DNA from: Rhizophagus irregularis
Lineage: Eukaryota
DNA length: 64,000 bases
NCBI RefSeq assembly: GCF_026210795.1
Contig: NC_089436.1
Span: 1,488,001-1,552,000, forward strand
Direction: 5' to 3'
Made by a program: the position numbers and the translations under genes. Numbering within the stretch: position 1 is the stretch's first letter; every line of letters starts with the position of its first letter. The notes under the pieces were generated by a model. It was not told where the DNA came from, ran no database searches, and was given only the letters and a program-made list of their open reading frames with translations. This document shows positions 50,785 to 61,575 of this stretch, piece after piece.

Positions 50785-53379
50785 ATGGATCTTCCATCAC
50801 TCTTATCCTTCAAAGAAAAGTTCCTTGGTCATTCCGGTAGTCAAACTATTCTTATTTTAAGGATTGTCAGTTTTATATTAATCAATTTTTACTTGACAGC
50901 TCTTCGGAGTTATGTTGCTGATGTCTCTCCAGAGGAATTATCATATGTACAGTTTTTAAACGTCAGCCGGCCCCTTATTGTCATCTCCCACCCTTTTCAA
51001 AGACCTGGGATAATTTGCAAAGCGTATGGTGCAAACGCTTCCTAGAAGAGATTGCACATTTGGAAACTAACGTGAAAGAGAAGGTAAAAAAAACTCAGTT
51101 TAAGTAGCATTAGATATTTGTATGTGGACAGCTCTCGACGGGTAAATCCTGAAAAGAGTACGGGTAATAAACCTCGGTCCAAGTTGTGGTATACTGTATA
51201 TATGTGTGGACAGCTCTCGACGGGTAAATCCTGAAAAGAGTACGGGTAATAAACCTCAGTCCGAGTTGTGGTATACTATATATATGTGTGGACAGCTCTC
51301 GACGGGTAAATCCTGAACAGAGTACGGGTAATAAACCTCAGTCCAAGTTGCGGTATACTGTATATATGTGTGGACAGCTCTCGACGGGTAAATCCTGAAC
51401 AGAGTACGGGTAATAAACCTCAGTTTAAGTTACGGTATATTGTGTATATGTGTGGACAGCTCTTGACGGGTAAATCCTGAATAGAGTATGGGTAATCAAC
51501 CTCAGTCCCACACTTTCCTTAGCCTAAAAATTATTGCCTAGAAATTATTTATCACTAACAGTATTTTTCTCGACAGATTAAACGTGAATTTAAAGATATT
51601 GAGTACTTTCGGATGTTTTGGACATCAATAATCCTTCATCGGAAGAATGAAATAAGAGAAATGGAAAATGAAATAACTAAGGAACAGAGGTTGCTATAGT
51701 GCTAAACTATTTCTATTTCCTTTATAATAAACATCGCGTTACTTATTACAGTCCTCTATCCTATTAGTAATGAGAACACTAGAAGTTTCATTGAGCAGTT
51801 TGAATCTTCATACAAAGGACTTGATGACGAAAAAAAGTGGATACTGGGATCTGGAAACAAGGTTGAAGACATCATCTACAAATATGGATCAAAGCTCAAA
51901 TACGAAAAGTAAGTTTGGCATTATCAATCCAAATTCACACTTCATCATATGCAATTACTAATTGATTTTACGCATGTGCTTCAGTTTGGTTCATTCATTT
52001 GTTCTAGACACTGATGATAAAAAGATTCGTGACCTCTTCTCTGCAAATGAATGGAACGAGATTCTCGAGAAAAATTCTAAAAAATCGCCAAAAATCGAGC
52101 CTGATCTTCTATGTTACATAACGCAGTACAGAAAAGCACGTATTTCGAAAAAGTTATTTGTTTGCTCAATGCTAATATTTTTCTATTTTATAGACGAATG
52201 TAAAAGATCTTCGAAAAACGGTCAGCAAACTGTGTGAAAAAACTGTTTATGATGTGGAAGAACAGTTCGACTATATATGGATTAGGAACTGCATAAGTAA
52301 TTTGTAAGTTTAATTCATCACAATATCACATTAATGCTTTTATGGAGTCTTTAACTAGAACTTGTTCGAATTGGATATGATAGGTTGACTCTGTATGAAA
52401 TAAAACCGCGTGTTTTTGAGAAATCGCATCTTGAGCGGTGGTATGACACAAACATCTGGTCATCAATTATCGATCAATGTATGTGGAACTTGAAGGACGT
52501 GGAGCTCATCAGGTAATCTGAAGAATAGCTTAAATAGCTTAATAATTATTCCTGTTTAAATTCATAACGTTTGAACATTTAGGGGAGAATCTTGTTCTAT
52601 TGCTAGTAGTGAGCGCAAAGCAAAGAATAGAATTATGCAAGAACGTAAACCGTTCGGTCGCCGTGGTGATGGAGTGTTCCGCATGGAAAAAGGTCTTTGT
52701 GAATATGGTGCTGCGGAGCATGGACATCTTTTTAAGGGTGAAAAGGATAAGAAATTTATGTCAGATGGTTTCAAGTTGACTAGAATGCTACGAGACATGT
52801 TGGGAAGATTTTCAGCGGAGTTAAGTACAGAAGTATTTAAGCAAATCGAGATGGTTGGATATTTGCATTCGGGTAGGTTTAACTGTCTACAAGCATGACT
52901 TTTATATTTATAACACAAACGACTTTTTATTATCAGAGAGAATGTTGCAGATATTCGCCCTTGACTATGCAGAAGGGTATATGATACGCCTACGAAAAGG
53001 AGCCCTATTAGAAGTTCCCAAGGAACCGGTGGAAATTGACAATCTGTTGAAGCTGATGACGGCTGTGTTATCAAGCAAGGTATAATTTGGTTTGCTTATT
53101 TATGATCATGTACGAATCTTTACTGATCTAGTGTTGTTTTTATTCCAAATAAAGCTACGAATAGCTCGCACAATTTCCCTGTTGAAAACTCCTGAACAAT
53201 CAAATGATCTCGAATTTGCTGGAGAGTTGTCAACTGCTGGCAAAATTGAACGCTTTTGCTCCAATAATAGAATCCTAGATTTACCAGATCCGCCTTCATC
53301 CCCACCCTCGTCCTCATCTTCAAAGAAACACAGTTCTGATACCAAGATGACAAAGAAATCTAAGAAACGCAAACCATAA
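50785..53379 (+). CDS. Multi-exon gene with C-terminal restriction-endonuclease-fold domain; possibly degenerate
   Basis: HLERWYDTNIWSSIID, RGESCSIASSERK, GRRGDGVFR...EYGAAEHG...KFMSDGFKL; many short GT-AG introns. Confidence 0.65.
51121..51512. repeat. Intronic tandem repeat, ~4.8 copies of 82 bp
   Basis: tgtggacagctctcgacgggtaaatcctgaanagagtacgggtaataaacctcagtcc units start at 51123, 51205, 51287, 51369 and 51451, inside intron ~51084-51576. Confidence 0.95.
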
Positions 53380-54245
53380 CAAATGTAAAAGCAGAAATAG
53401 AACGAAATTTATTGTTTAGCATAGGCTCAGTTGTAGCTGTGATAACGAATTTAGTTTTAACTATTGCTCGGATATCATACATGTATATTATATTTTTACT
53501 AATAAAAGTTTTAAAATCAGGCGAAACAAATCTTTAATATGAAGTTGGAGTAGTGGGTCTAAAGGGGATTAGCTGAGCATAATCCATACAATGGCAGTTT
53601 CTTCCCACTACTTTGTATTGCTATCTAAGTTTTTGTTAATTTTACTATCCTTAAACTAATCTTATTTGAGGTACTAACGAATACCATCATTTCTATTTCA
53701 TAAAAATCACAAAGAATGCAGATCTACCTTTCTAAAACAGATTCTAATAGACAAGTTTTTAATGTACTAGCAAAACAATGCAAATTATAACAGAATATCA
53801 TATTTTAAATTTCTTTTTATTATATTTTTTAAGAATACGTTTGATGAAAATTACTGTACGCGAAACAGGTTCTGACACTTCTTCCCTTTCCTATAAACAA
53901 ACAGAATATTCAAGACCCATAACGCCTTCCATTGAGACTCCCGTAGTCTCTAGGCAGTTCAGAAGAACAATAACAAATAGAGATTTTTTTTTTATTAGCT
54001 CCTATGGAGCGCCCCGAAGGAGCTAGCTGTAGAATAATTTTTAACGATCTAGTTGTCAAAAGCAAATGTAATTATTGATACTAGCAAAATAAACACATTT
54101 TTTTGCCCCGATGGGGCGCTCTAGAGGAGCTAAAAAATCAAACGAATTCTTTATTATAACTCTGTAAAGTATTACATGAGAAAGGGCTGACAGGCTAAGA
54201 AAAGGATAAAACTAATAAAAGGTTTGGGGATGATCACTTCTACAT

Positions 54246-54950
54246 TTAAATTTTCCAATGCAGTAGCAGGGTACCAAAGGTACCGCGGTTGAGGTGCTGA
54301 AGTCTCGCCATTTCGTCTTTCATACGTTTGCTTAAGCAAACAATGTCCATATTATCGTTGTTTGAAGGTCGAGATGCTGTTCGTCTTTGACTAACGGATG
54401 GTAATTGTCTTCGTGGACTTCGGCTTATCCGTCTTTCAGAGGATTTCAATTCGCGTTCGACTTCCCTGGTAGATGGTGCGAGTGTAATATTTCCATTACC
54501 CCTACTTCGCCTTCGGTTTAAAGTATTAATACTGCGGATTCTATCGAATTCATCTTCAGGTCTCTCCCAAAAATGCGAACGAAATTCATCAAAATATTGT
54601 GCACCCGTTCGACTTCTTCTAGCTCTACGACTACCGGCTATAAAATCACACATACCCTAGTTACCAAAGGCAACAGTTAGAACCTCCCCCCTTCAAAATG
54701 ATAATGTGAGAAAAAAACATGATTCGATACCAGAGGTATCTTCTCAAATAACAGTGGTAACTTACTTACATTATAATCCCGAACAAGATTCGAAAATTTT
54801 TCTTTACATTGGTAACCGTTCCATACTCTCGATTGATTCTATCCGCAATACTATTCCAGAATCTTTGCCGATTCCTTGTTAGCAAAGCTAACTACCTCCA
54901 CGTTTCTATTTCTACGTTCATCAATAAGAGTACGAATTTGTTCAATAACA
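54246..54950 (-). pseudogene. Second Myb/SANT-like gene, paralog of 44772-45589, probably degenerate
   Basis: EQIRTLIDERRNRN...RQRFWNSIADRINREY...CKEKFSNLVRDYN, then RSRTGAQYFDEFRSHFWERP matching RSLIGEHYYEEFSTEFWKEP. Confidence 0.6.
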
Positions 54951-56416
54951 GAGTTTTATGAGACAGGGTGTTGGAGCGCTAGAACTTTGGGTAAGTTTTT
55001 CGTTGATATGTTGTTTATATGCCCTAGAGCATTGTTACGTAATAAGGGGGTTTTATTTCCTTTTTGTACAACTGGACATCAGCTGTACATCAACCATAGT
55101 TCAACCAGACTTCAACCAGACATTACATTTTTCGTTATTTTTTTCATTTTTACGACTATCAGTCTGCGGAAGATAACCTATCCAACTTATTTACCCTGAT
55201 AGCTTTTCTTTTTCGGATGAATATGAGAAAAAAAGTGCGGTTATTGAGAGTTTTTTGCTGAAGCGCAGTTTCAACCCGACTTCAACCAGACTTCAACAAT
55301 AATATCTTTTCATCAGTAATTACGCACCTTATTTCGTCATTGCACTAGTCAAAATAAGCTAAATGTATCGTTTATCCAGAGATCTGTGAAGCCCTTTATC
55401 TTCATAATTACGTCGGTTACCAGAGCCTGATTGTTAAGGACAAAGAAAATCCGTTTTATGCTTCGCAATTGATGCACTCCTTATTTCGATTGTTATAAAA
55501 ATCGGAATATTTGAGGCCCCTTGTGGGCGGGTTCGAGATATGAATTGTATATAAACGGATTAATGTGTGATTAGCCTATACACGTTGGTATTACTAACGC
55601 TAATTCTTATTCAAAAACGGATTAATGTGTGATTAATCTGTACACGTTGGTATTACTAATTCTTATTGAAGTTCGTTATGTAGAATAGTTATTATTACCC
55701 TACCCCCTATTTCAATTGTAATCACAAAAAAAGAATAAAAATCGGTTCATCATGGATCGAGATCTGTAGATGACGAATCACACATGCATTACTAATTCCT
55801 ATTCAAAAACGGATCAATGTATGATTAGCCTATATACGTAATCTGAATGCACTAACGTCAGTAAGATAATAAAAATATACCGTTTATCCGAAGATCTGAA
55901 AATCATATATTCTAATCGGCTCTATTTATTTCTTTTTATCAACGCGGATGTGGTTTTTTTATTAGTAATTCAGAACTGCGTATGAGTGAGATAGAACATA
56001 CCAGAACTTTGAGGAAAGTAGCAACACAAAAATATTGCTCTTGCTGAATTTATTAATAGATCCTCTAAAAATGATGACTACAGATGCCGGCAGTGTTGGG
56101 ATTTTTTAACTCGGACACTGCAAGGAAGTTATGTTCGGCCCAACACTGGATGTCAGTGGCGTACATGCGAGTAATTGATTCGCCCAATAATTCTTCTAGG
56201 CGGTTACCGGAGAGATAATAGGACTCATAATTGACTGAGGTGCGGGATCATCAATATATATATATATATATCATGGTTCTCGTGAGTATTTTATCAAATC
56301 GTCATGTGTTTAGTGACGTAACATATTTTCGCCCGATGCTGGTATGCGGAGCGACCATAGACGAGGAAAGGTAAATAACCTAAATTGAAGATAAGATATT
56401 TTGGTATATTATCGTC

Positions 56417-56848
56417 ATGGAACAAACCTATTCTGACACTAGTGCTGGTGATAAAATTGAGGTATACGAATTCTTGGAGGCTTTGGGATTATTAGATAAT
56501 GAAGTCTCGCCCGTCAACATGGATGATGATGACAATAACGAATCTGACATCGACGAAGAAGATAGTGATGATGATCAGGATAATTATTGGGACCCTAGGA
56601 AAAGATATACTGGATAAAGACGTTTTGGTGAAGATGCTTTGAAAAAACTTTATCAAACCCGGGAAGCTCGTCATCGGAACATTGTACTCATGGAATTTAC
56701 CAGACGTCTTCCAGATATATCTGATCAAGAAAAAAATAGATTATTCGACGCATTCTCTAGGTCTAATGCATTTGGAGTGAAAGAACATAATGTACTCTTG
56801 GATGCGTTAGCCGATCCCGTGAAAGGTTGGGATCTTAATAATTATTGA
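56417..56848 (+). pseudogene. Small acidic hypothetical gene with one internal stop
   Basis: ORFs 56417-56617 and 56639-56848 are in the same frame, separated only by TAA. Confidence 0.5.
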
Positions 56849-57206
56849 ATGGATAATTCCCCGGAAGATTATGCATGCCTGTGACGCAATTACTTATACC
56901 TGTGGATATAGGAGATCGAACTCCTTAATTTTTTGTATCCTATTAGGAATAACGATTTCCGGTTTAAGTTCAGCTATTCTTTCATTATTCAATGATACGC
57001 TGTTTCAATGATTCAAGCTCGGATGACATGATCTATATATAACTAAAATGTATATAAGCATTCAAAATAAAAAATATATCACATGTTTTGGGCGACGGGC
57101 CGTCGCTGAAATTTGCCAAGAAAATTTTTTATTAATACATGCTAAAATAAATACAAATGTTCGGGACTTTGCCCATGATACATAACATCTAGGCTAATAT
57201 GTATGA

Positions 57207-58343
57207 TTATTTTTTCAAGCGATACCCCTCTATCCTAGCTCTCTTTCTATCCGATTTATCCTCCACACATGCCCTATCTTCCAACAAGCCAATGATTATG
57301 CCCAAAACCTTCTTAACACCCTTACGCAATGTTTTATATTCTTCGGAGTTCTCAACCAGAGCCTCTTCGACAAATTCGATGCTAAAGGGGGCCTTACTCG
57401 CCTGTAATATTTCACCTGGAGAATAGAGGAGAAAATGCCAATCCCTAGCAGACGTCACAACCCCGTACAGATAGTCAAAATAGTCCTCATCACGCTTTCG
57501 TTTTCTCTTGTTCGTTTGAAACGAACTTTCGAGTTGCTTGATATTCTGAGCAAAGCCTTCTGTTAATTTTTGCTGGACCTTATCCTCTGTGATGCAAATA
57601 AGCTCTTCGGATTCCTATAAGTTTATATTTTGCGATAAGTTAATAGGTCTCTCTAGGACCACATAGGATTTAGGAGGAACGGTAAGAATCCAAGGAAGGC
57701 TTACCTTGATTGCATAATCGACCCGCCCGCTACTTTCATCTCCAATTATTTCGTACTCAGGCCTCATACTAAATTTCTTTTTCGTGATATCTTCTGCGAT
57801 ACGAAGGGCGGTATGTAGTATAGTTGAAACGTACTCATTGCGCATGGACTCCAAACTTGTTATTACCAATGTCCCATAGCTTTTAAGTCGTAACTTGATA
57901 TCTGCCATACACAGTTCGAGATGCTTATTTTCGTCTGGGATTTCATGGATTCGTGGTGTGAAAAGAGGTATAATCTCTGTGCCCTCAGAAGCGAGGTCAT
58001 ATTTTTCTAATACTTCCTTTAAGCTACGGTATGTCGAAAAAGCCCTCAACTTCTTATCCTTACACTCCTTGGCGAACTTCACGAGTCTTGATGCAGGACC
58101 CAAGCCTAAACCAACACTGCGAAATTTCTCTTCGGTCAAGTCAAAGAAGTCCTGGCCCGTAATCTTCTCCTTGCGAATAATATTTTCATCGTCCAAGTCT
58201 AGCCCTAAGCCACGTTCCTGCAAAAAAGAAATAAGTTTCTCTGTGTCATATTTCTTAATTTCGTCCGCCAACGAGACCGTCTCATTTCCAGCAACAGTAG
58301 TGGAGGTGGAAGCTGGAGTATAAGGTGTACTAGTTTCAGACAT
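57207..58343 (-). CDS. Crinkler-like protein: N-terminal SAM-like domain plus PD-(D/E)XK nuclease (2 exons)
   Basis: IIRKEKITGQDFFDLTEEKFRSVGLGLGPASRL (SAM-like). GRVDYAIK, intron, then ELICITEDK...GFAQNIKQLESS...YLYGVVTSARDWHF. Confidence 0.75.
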
Positions 58344-58686
58344 AGCGTTAAGTTTTTATAGGGATATTGGGCTCGGACAAAAAATAGTGTTACTTTCCGG
58401 AGTAAGATAAAAAAATATTTCTATTCGGGAAAGAGAATACTGGCCATTAATATAGGTTTTTATGTAGTACAGGCATTGCATCATTACACGTGACCCGCTT
58501 TCTCGATGTACTGGTAAAATGATACTTTATTATTTATGAATAAATCGTTGCCGGAGCAACTATTACATAAAAAATGCGAATATATCGCTATTACATGACA
58601 TAGAAATTATTATTCGGGGGAAAGGGGAGGGTAGACAAAAATATGAATCATATCTTCATCCGGATTCTCAGGAAAATAAGCCGAAA

Positions 58687-58917
58687 TCATATTCTCTGGT
58701 TGCATACGTCTTCTTTGTTGGTTGGATAAATTTGTTGAAGATGAAAGTTATGCGGACGGACTGGAAGATGAGGTGCTAATATAGCCCTAACTCTATCCGC
58801 AATAACAGAGACAAGGTCGTTCTTGGAAACCTCGATCACGAAAATTACATTTCTATTTTGACTATTACGGAAACGGAGGTTAAGGCTTATAATGTCGCTA
58901 TTATCGGTGGTAGACAT
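58687..58917 (-). CDS. Small protein, possible ubiquitin-like fold (may be frameshifted)
   Basis: ISLNLRFR...VIFVIEVSKNDLVSVIADRVRAIL has a beta-grasp-like pattern. Confidence 0.35.
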   Translation of the reverse strand: MSTTDNSDIISLNLRFRNSQNRNVIFVIEVSKNDLVSVIADRVRAILAPHLPVRPHNFHLQQIYPTNKEDVCNQRI

Positions 58918-59471
58918 CTTGCTTCTTGTTATCTATCGGTAATAAGGCTATAGTGAGAAATTTCTTTCGGCTTGACGCTCGTTCCCATAGATACATAACT
59001 TCTGACATATACATACCTTAAAATTTTTGCGGAAAGTTGGCTGAACTTCCACATATCTCTACATGCTTTATATCTTGCTGGGAAAAAGTTAAGGAGATAT
59101 GAGTCATGATTAACAATGTCGTATGATGCCAAGAGTTCTATGAAAGCGCATGCTAACGGAATTTTCAAACCTTTTCACATGTAGATCTACCGGAAGACAC
59201 ATATTGGTTTTACGCCTGGCGATCTCAAAATTGCGAGTCCCTCAGCCCTTCATAACATATACTTTTGACGTTAATATTTACTTTTAGAGCTGGTCCTGTG
59301 TTGCTTGTAGACATTCTTTCACATTTTCTCATGATTGTTTGGGGAAAAAAATAAAGAATAAAGATTAATGTTTTTATATGCAAAATTAATATGTCGCACA
59401 AGACCTGACTGATGATCCACTTATTTTTTGTCGCACAATCTGTGGCCCAGCAAATTCTTCCGAGCTAATGA

Positions 59472-60482
59472 TCATCTCTCCGGACTAGCTAGATCGTCGA
59501 ATAATACTATCGAATAATTCCTTGGTGCTTGTCTGATATCTATAGTGGAGTGATCGGCACCAGAGTCAACTGTCATGAATATATTGGAATTAGGTTGTCG
59601 TAATATCTGGTGAAGCCGACTTCTAATATTAACAACTCTAGGCTGTCTTGATATTAGCTCTATCACTCGCTCCATCTCAGCTCGAATATCAATCGGATCC
59701 CGGTAATTCTCAACATGGGTATTTGGATTTAGCTGATCTATAGCTTTTTTGCTAATATTAACACACCCCCTCAGATTAAGATATTTTAATTTGAGACATG
59801 ATCTAGCAATTTCTTCGATAGTCACATCGGTAATTTTACAATAGCTAAGGTCAAGATGCTGGAGCTTTGGATTGGAGCGAATAATACCACAAATTGAATG
59901 TTCGGTAATCTCTGTGAGATAGTCAATATTTAAATATTCTAATTTATGGCATGACTTCACGATTTTCCATAGACCCTCGTCATCTACTTCTCGAGTACGA
60001 AAACTCCTATCATCACACAGATTGAGATACTTCAAATTCGGGTATGAACCTGCTATCAGTTCTAATGCTCTATTACTAAATCCTACGCTATTTTTGAAAC
60101 TCAAATGGATTATATTTGGGCATGAATGTACAATGCTTATGATTTTTTTATCTGAAAGTGAATGGTAGTATGATATTTCGAGATGAATTACATTTAAGCA
60201 ATAAACTGGCTTTTGCTTCCTACGTACTAGTTTTATGAATTTTTTCAATCGAGAGTGGCATTTATTCTTCCACTTTAGCTCGATGCGTTTCCATAGAATA
60301 GGGGCACCGCATCTGTACCATAATCGGGAAACAAATAGAGCGGGATAAAGTGTCTTATCTACCACTAGGAAATATAGAATCCGCTCCAATAGTTCCGGTA
60401 AATTTATAACACCTAAATGCGCCATAAATAATATATGCTGTATCTTTAATCGAAAAAAATGTGATTCTACACCAATGATCAC
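59472..60482 (-). CDS. F-box-like / leucine-rich-repeat (cysteine-containing) protein
   Basis: [13 protein letters not shown]...ALFVSRLWY (F-box-like). Repeats [53 protein letters not shown]. Intronless. Confidence 0.85.
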   Translation of the reverse strand: MIIGVESHFFRLKIQHILFMAHLGVINLPELLERILYFLVVDKTLYPALFVSRLWYRCGAPILWKRIELKWKNKCHSRLKKFIKLVRRKQKPVYCLNVIHLEISYYHSLSDKKIISIVHSCPNIIHLSFKNSVGFSNRALELIAGSYPNLKYLNLCDDRSFRTREVDDEGLWKIVKSCHKLEYLNIDYLTEITEHSICGIIRSNPKLQHLDLSYCKITDVTIEEIARSCLKLKYLNLRGCVNISKKAIDQLNPNTHVENYRDPIDIRAEMERVIELISRQPRVVNIRSRLHQILRQPNSNIFMTVDSGADHSTIDIRQAPRNYSIVLFDDLASPER

Positions 60483-60491
60483 TGCTCCGGA

Positions 60492-61004
60492 CTATTGGTA
60501 GGACCGGATTTGACTTCGATATGGGAGGATCACAAAATTATCATCTATTGTTAGTGTCGAATTACACATATTTAAGCGTACACTATTTTCTCGCATCCAT
60601 GGTGAGCCCAAAAGTATTTCAGGAAATTGATCAGGCCAATCTGGTCCAGTAACTATAAATTCAGTGGGTATGATTTTATGCTTCTCACCATCATTTAAGA
60701 TAATACGTAGATTAACCTTTCCTAGTGTGGAATAAGACTCATCTAGAAACCCGTATACTCTAGGAATACTATTGTCTTTTGCGTATGCTATTTTCACAAT
60801 TTTTTTCACTAATGAAATTTGCATTAGCGCCTATGTCAATCCTAAATCGAAAATCTGTGAGAATTACCCTTTTGGGCCGTTCAAGATTCACCTCTCTTTC
60901 CCATATGTCATTTATACCGCTAGCATGTTTTAGATCTGGAAGATACTTTAAAATAATGATATCAACTCTGGCGGAAGAAGCTCAAGTAAATTCGATTCAT
61001 GCAT
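60492..61004 (-). pseudogene. F-box-like leader plus retropepsin-like domain, two frameshifts
   Basis: Reconstructed LLELLPPEL/IIILKYLPDL...FRIDIGANANFISEK/IVKI...TLGKVNLRI...EFIVT...EILLGSPWMREN. Confidence 0.6.
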
Positions 61005-61079
61005 TTTTATATGATAGAAGAATTTTCAATCGGAAAATATGGTTAGTTATAGCACGAAGTGATAACTAGTTAAATCAGA

Positions 61080-61541
61080 CTATTCAGATCGGATACCTTC
61101 TTGGCTTCGCCTTATTGTCAGATTTTCTCTTTCTGGTGGCGCATGATCGGAATCGAATTCCTCAGATGAACTGGACTCGGACGAAGTATTTATGGATTCT
61201 TTACTACAATTGCAATATTCTATAGTAAATAGTTCGTCTACATTATCATCCAGCCACTTTACACGTTCTTCTAGTGGTTTAACCCTCTTTTTAAGCTTTT
61301 TATGCTGAGAACAATAATGATCCAGCCTATTTGTTAGCGCTTTTATTTCTCCAGAAAGCGTACTATATACTTCTGCATTCTGCTTGTCTAGTCCAAATAT
61401 TCGGGCTGTTTTCTCTGTACGTCTGATAACCTGGTCCCTTTGGAACTGTGCACTATCAGATGAATGCTTTTGATCGGTTACCATTTTCGTGATATTTATA
61501 TATGCTAGATCTTGCCTCGAGCGAAAAATAAAATTACGCAC
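61080..61541 (-). CDS. Hypothetical coiled-coil protein with acidic Ser-rich tail
   Basis: Open 153-codon frame (ATG likely at MVTDQK). Confidence 0.5.
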   Translation of the reverse strand: MRNFIFRSRQDLAYINITKMVTDQKHSSDSAQFQRDQVIRRTEKTARIFGLDKQNAEVYSTLSGEIKALTNRLDHYCSQHKKLKKRVKPLEERVKWLDDNVDELFTIEYCNCSKESINTSSESSSSEEFDSDHAPPERENLTIRRSQEGIRSE

Positions 61542-61575
61542 ATTGATATCCCGACCCTCTAACCTTTATATGTGA

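Noticed and set aside
51121..51512. CRISPR array
   Set aside because: The ~22-bp linkers are near-identical rather than unique spacers, the context is a eukaryotic intron, and there are no cas genes.
51121..51512. Hammerhead ribozyme (plus strand) or TPP riboswitch (minus strand reads ctgag..tacccgta..ggattta)
   Set aside because: The hammerhead core is wrong (CUGAANAGA and UAAA instead of CUGANGA and GAAA) and stem I does not pair. The TPP-like reading lacks the 5' GGGUG strand needed for P2.
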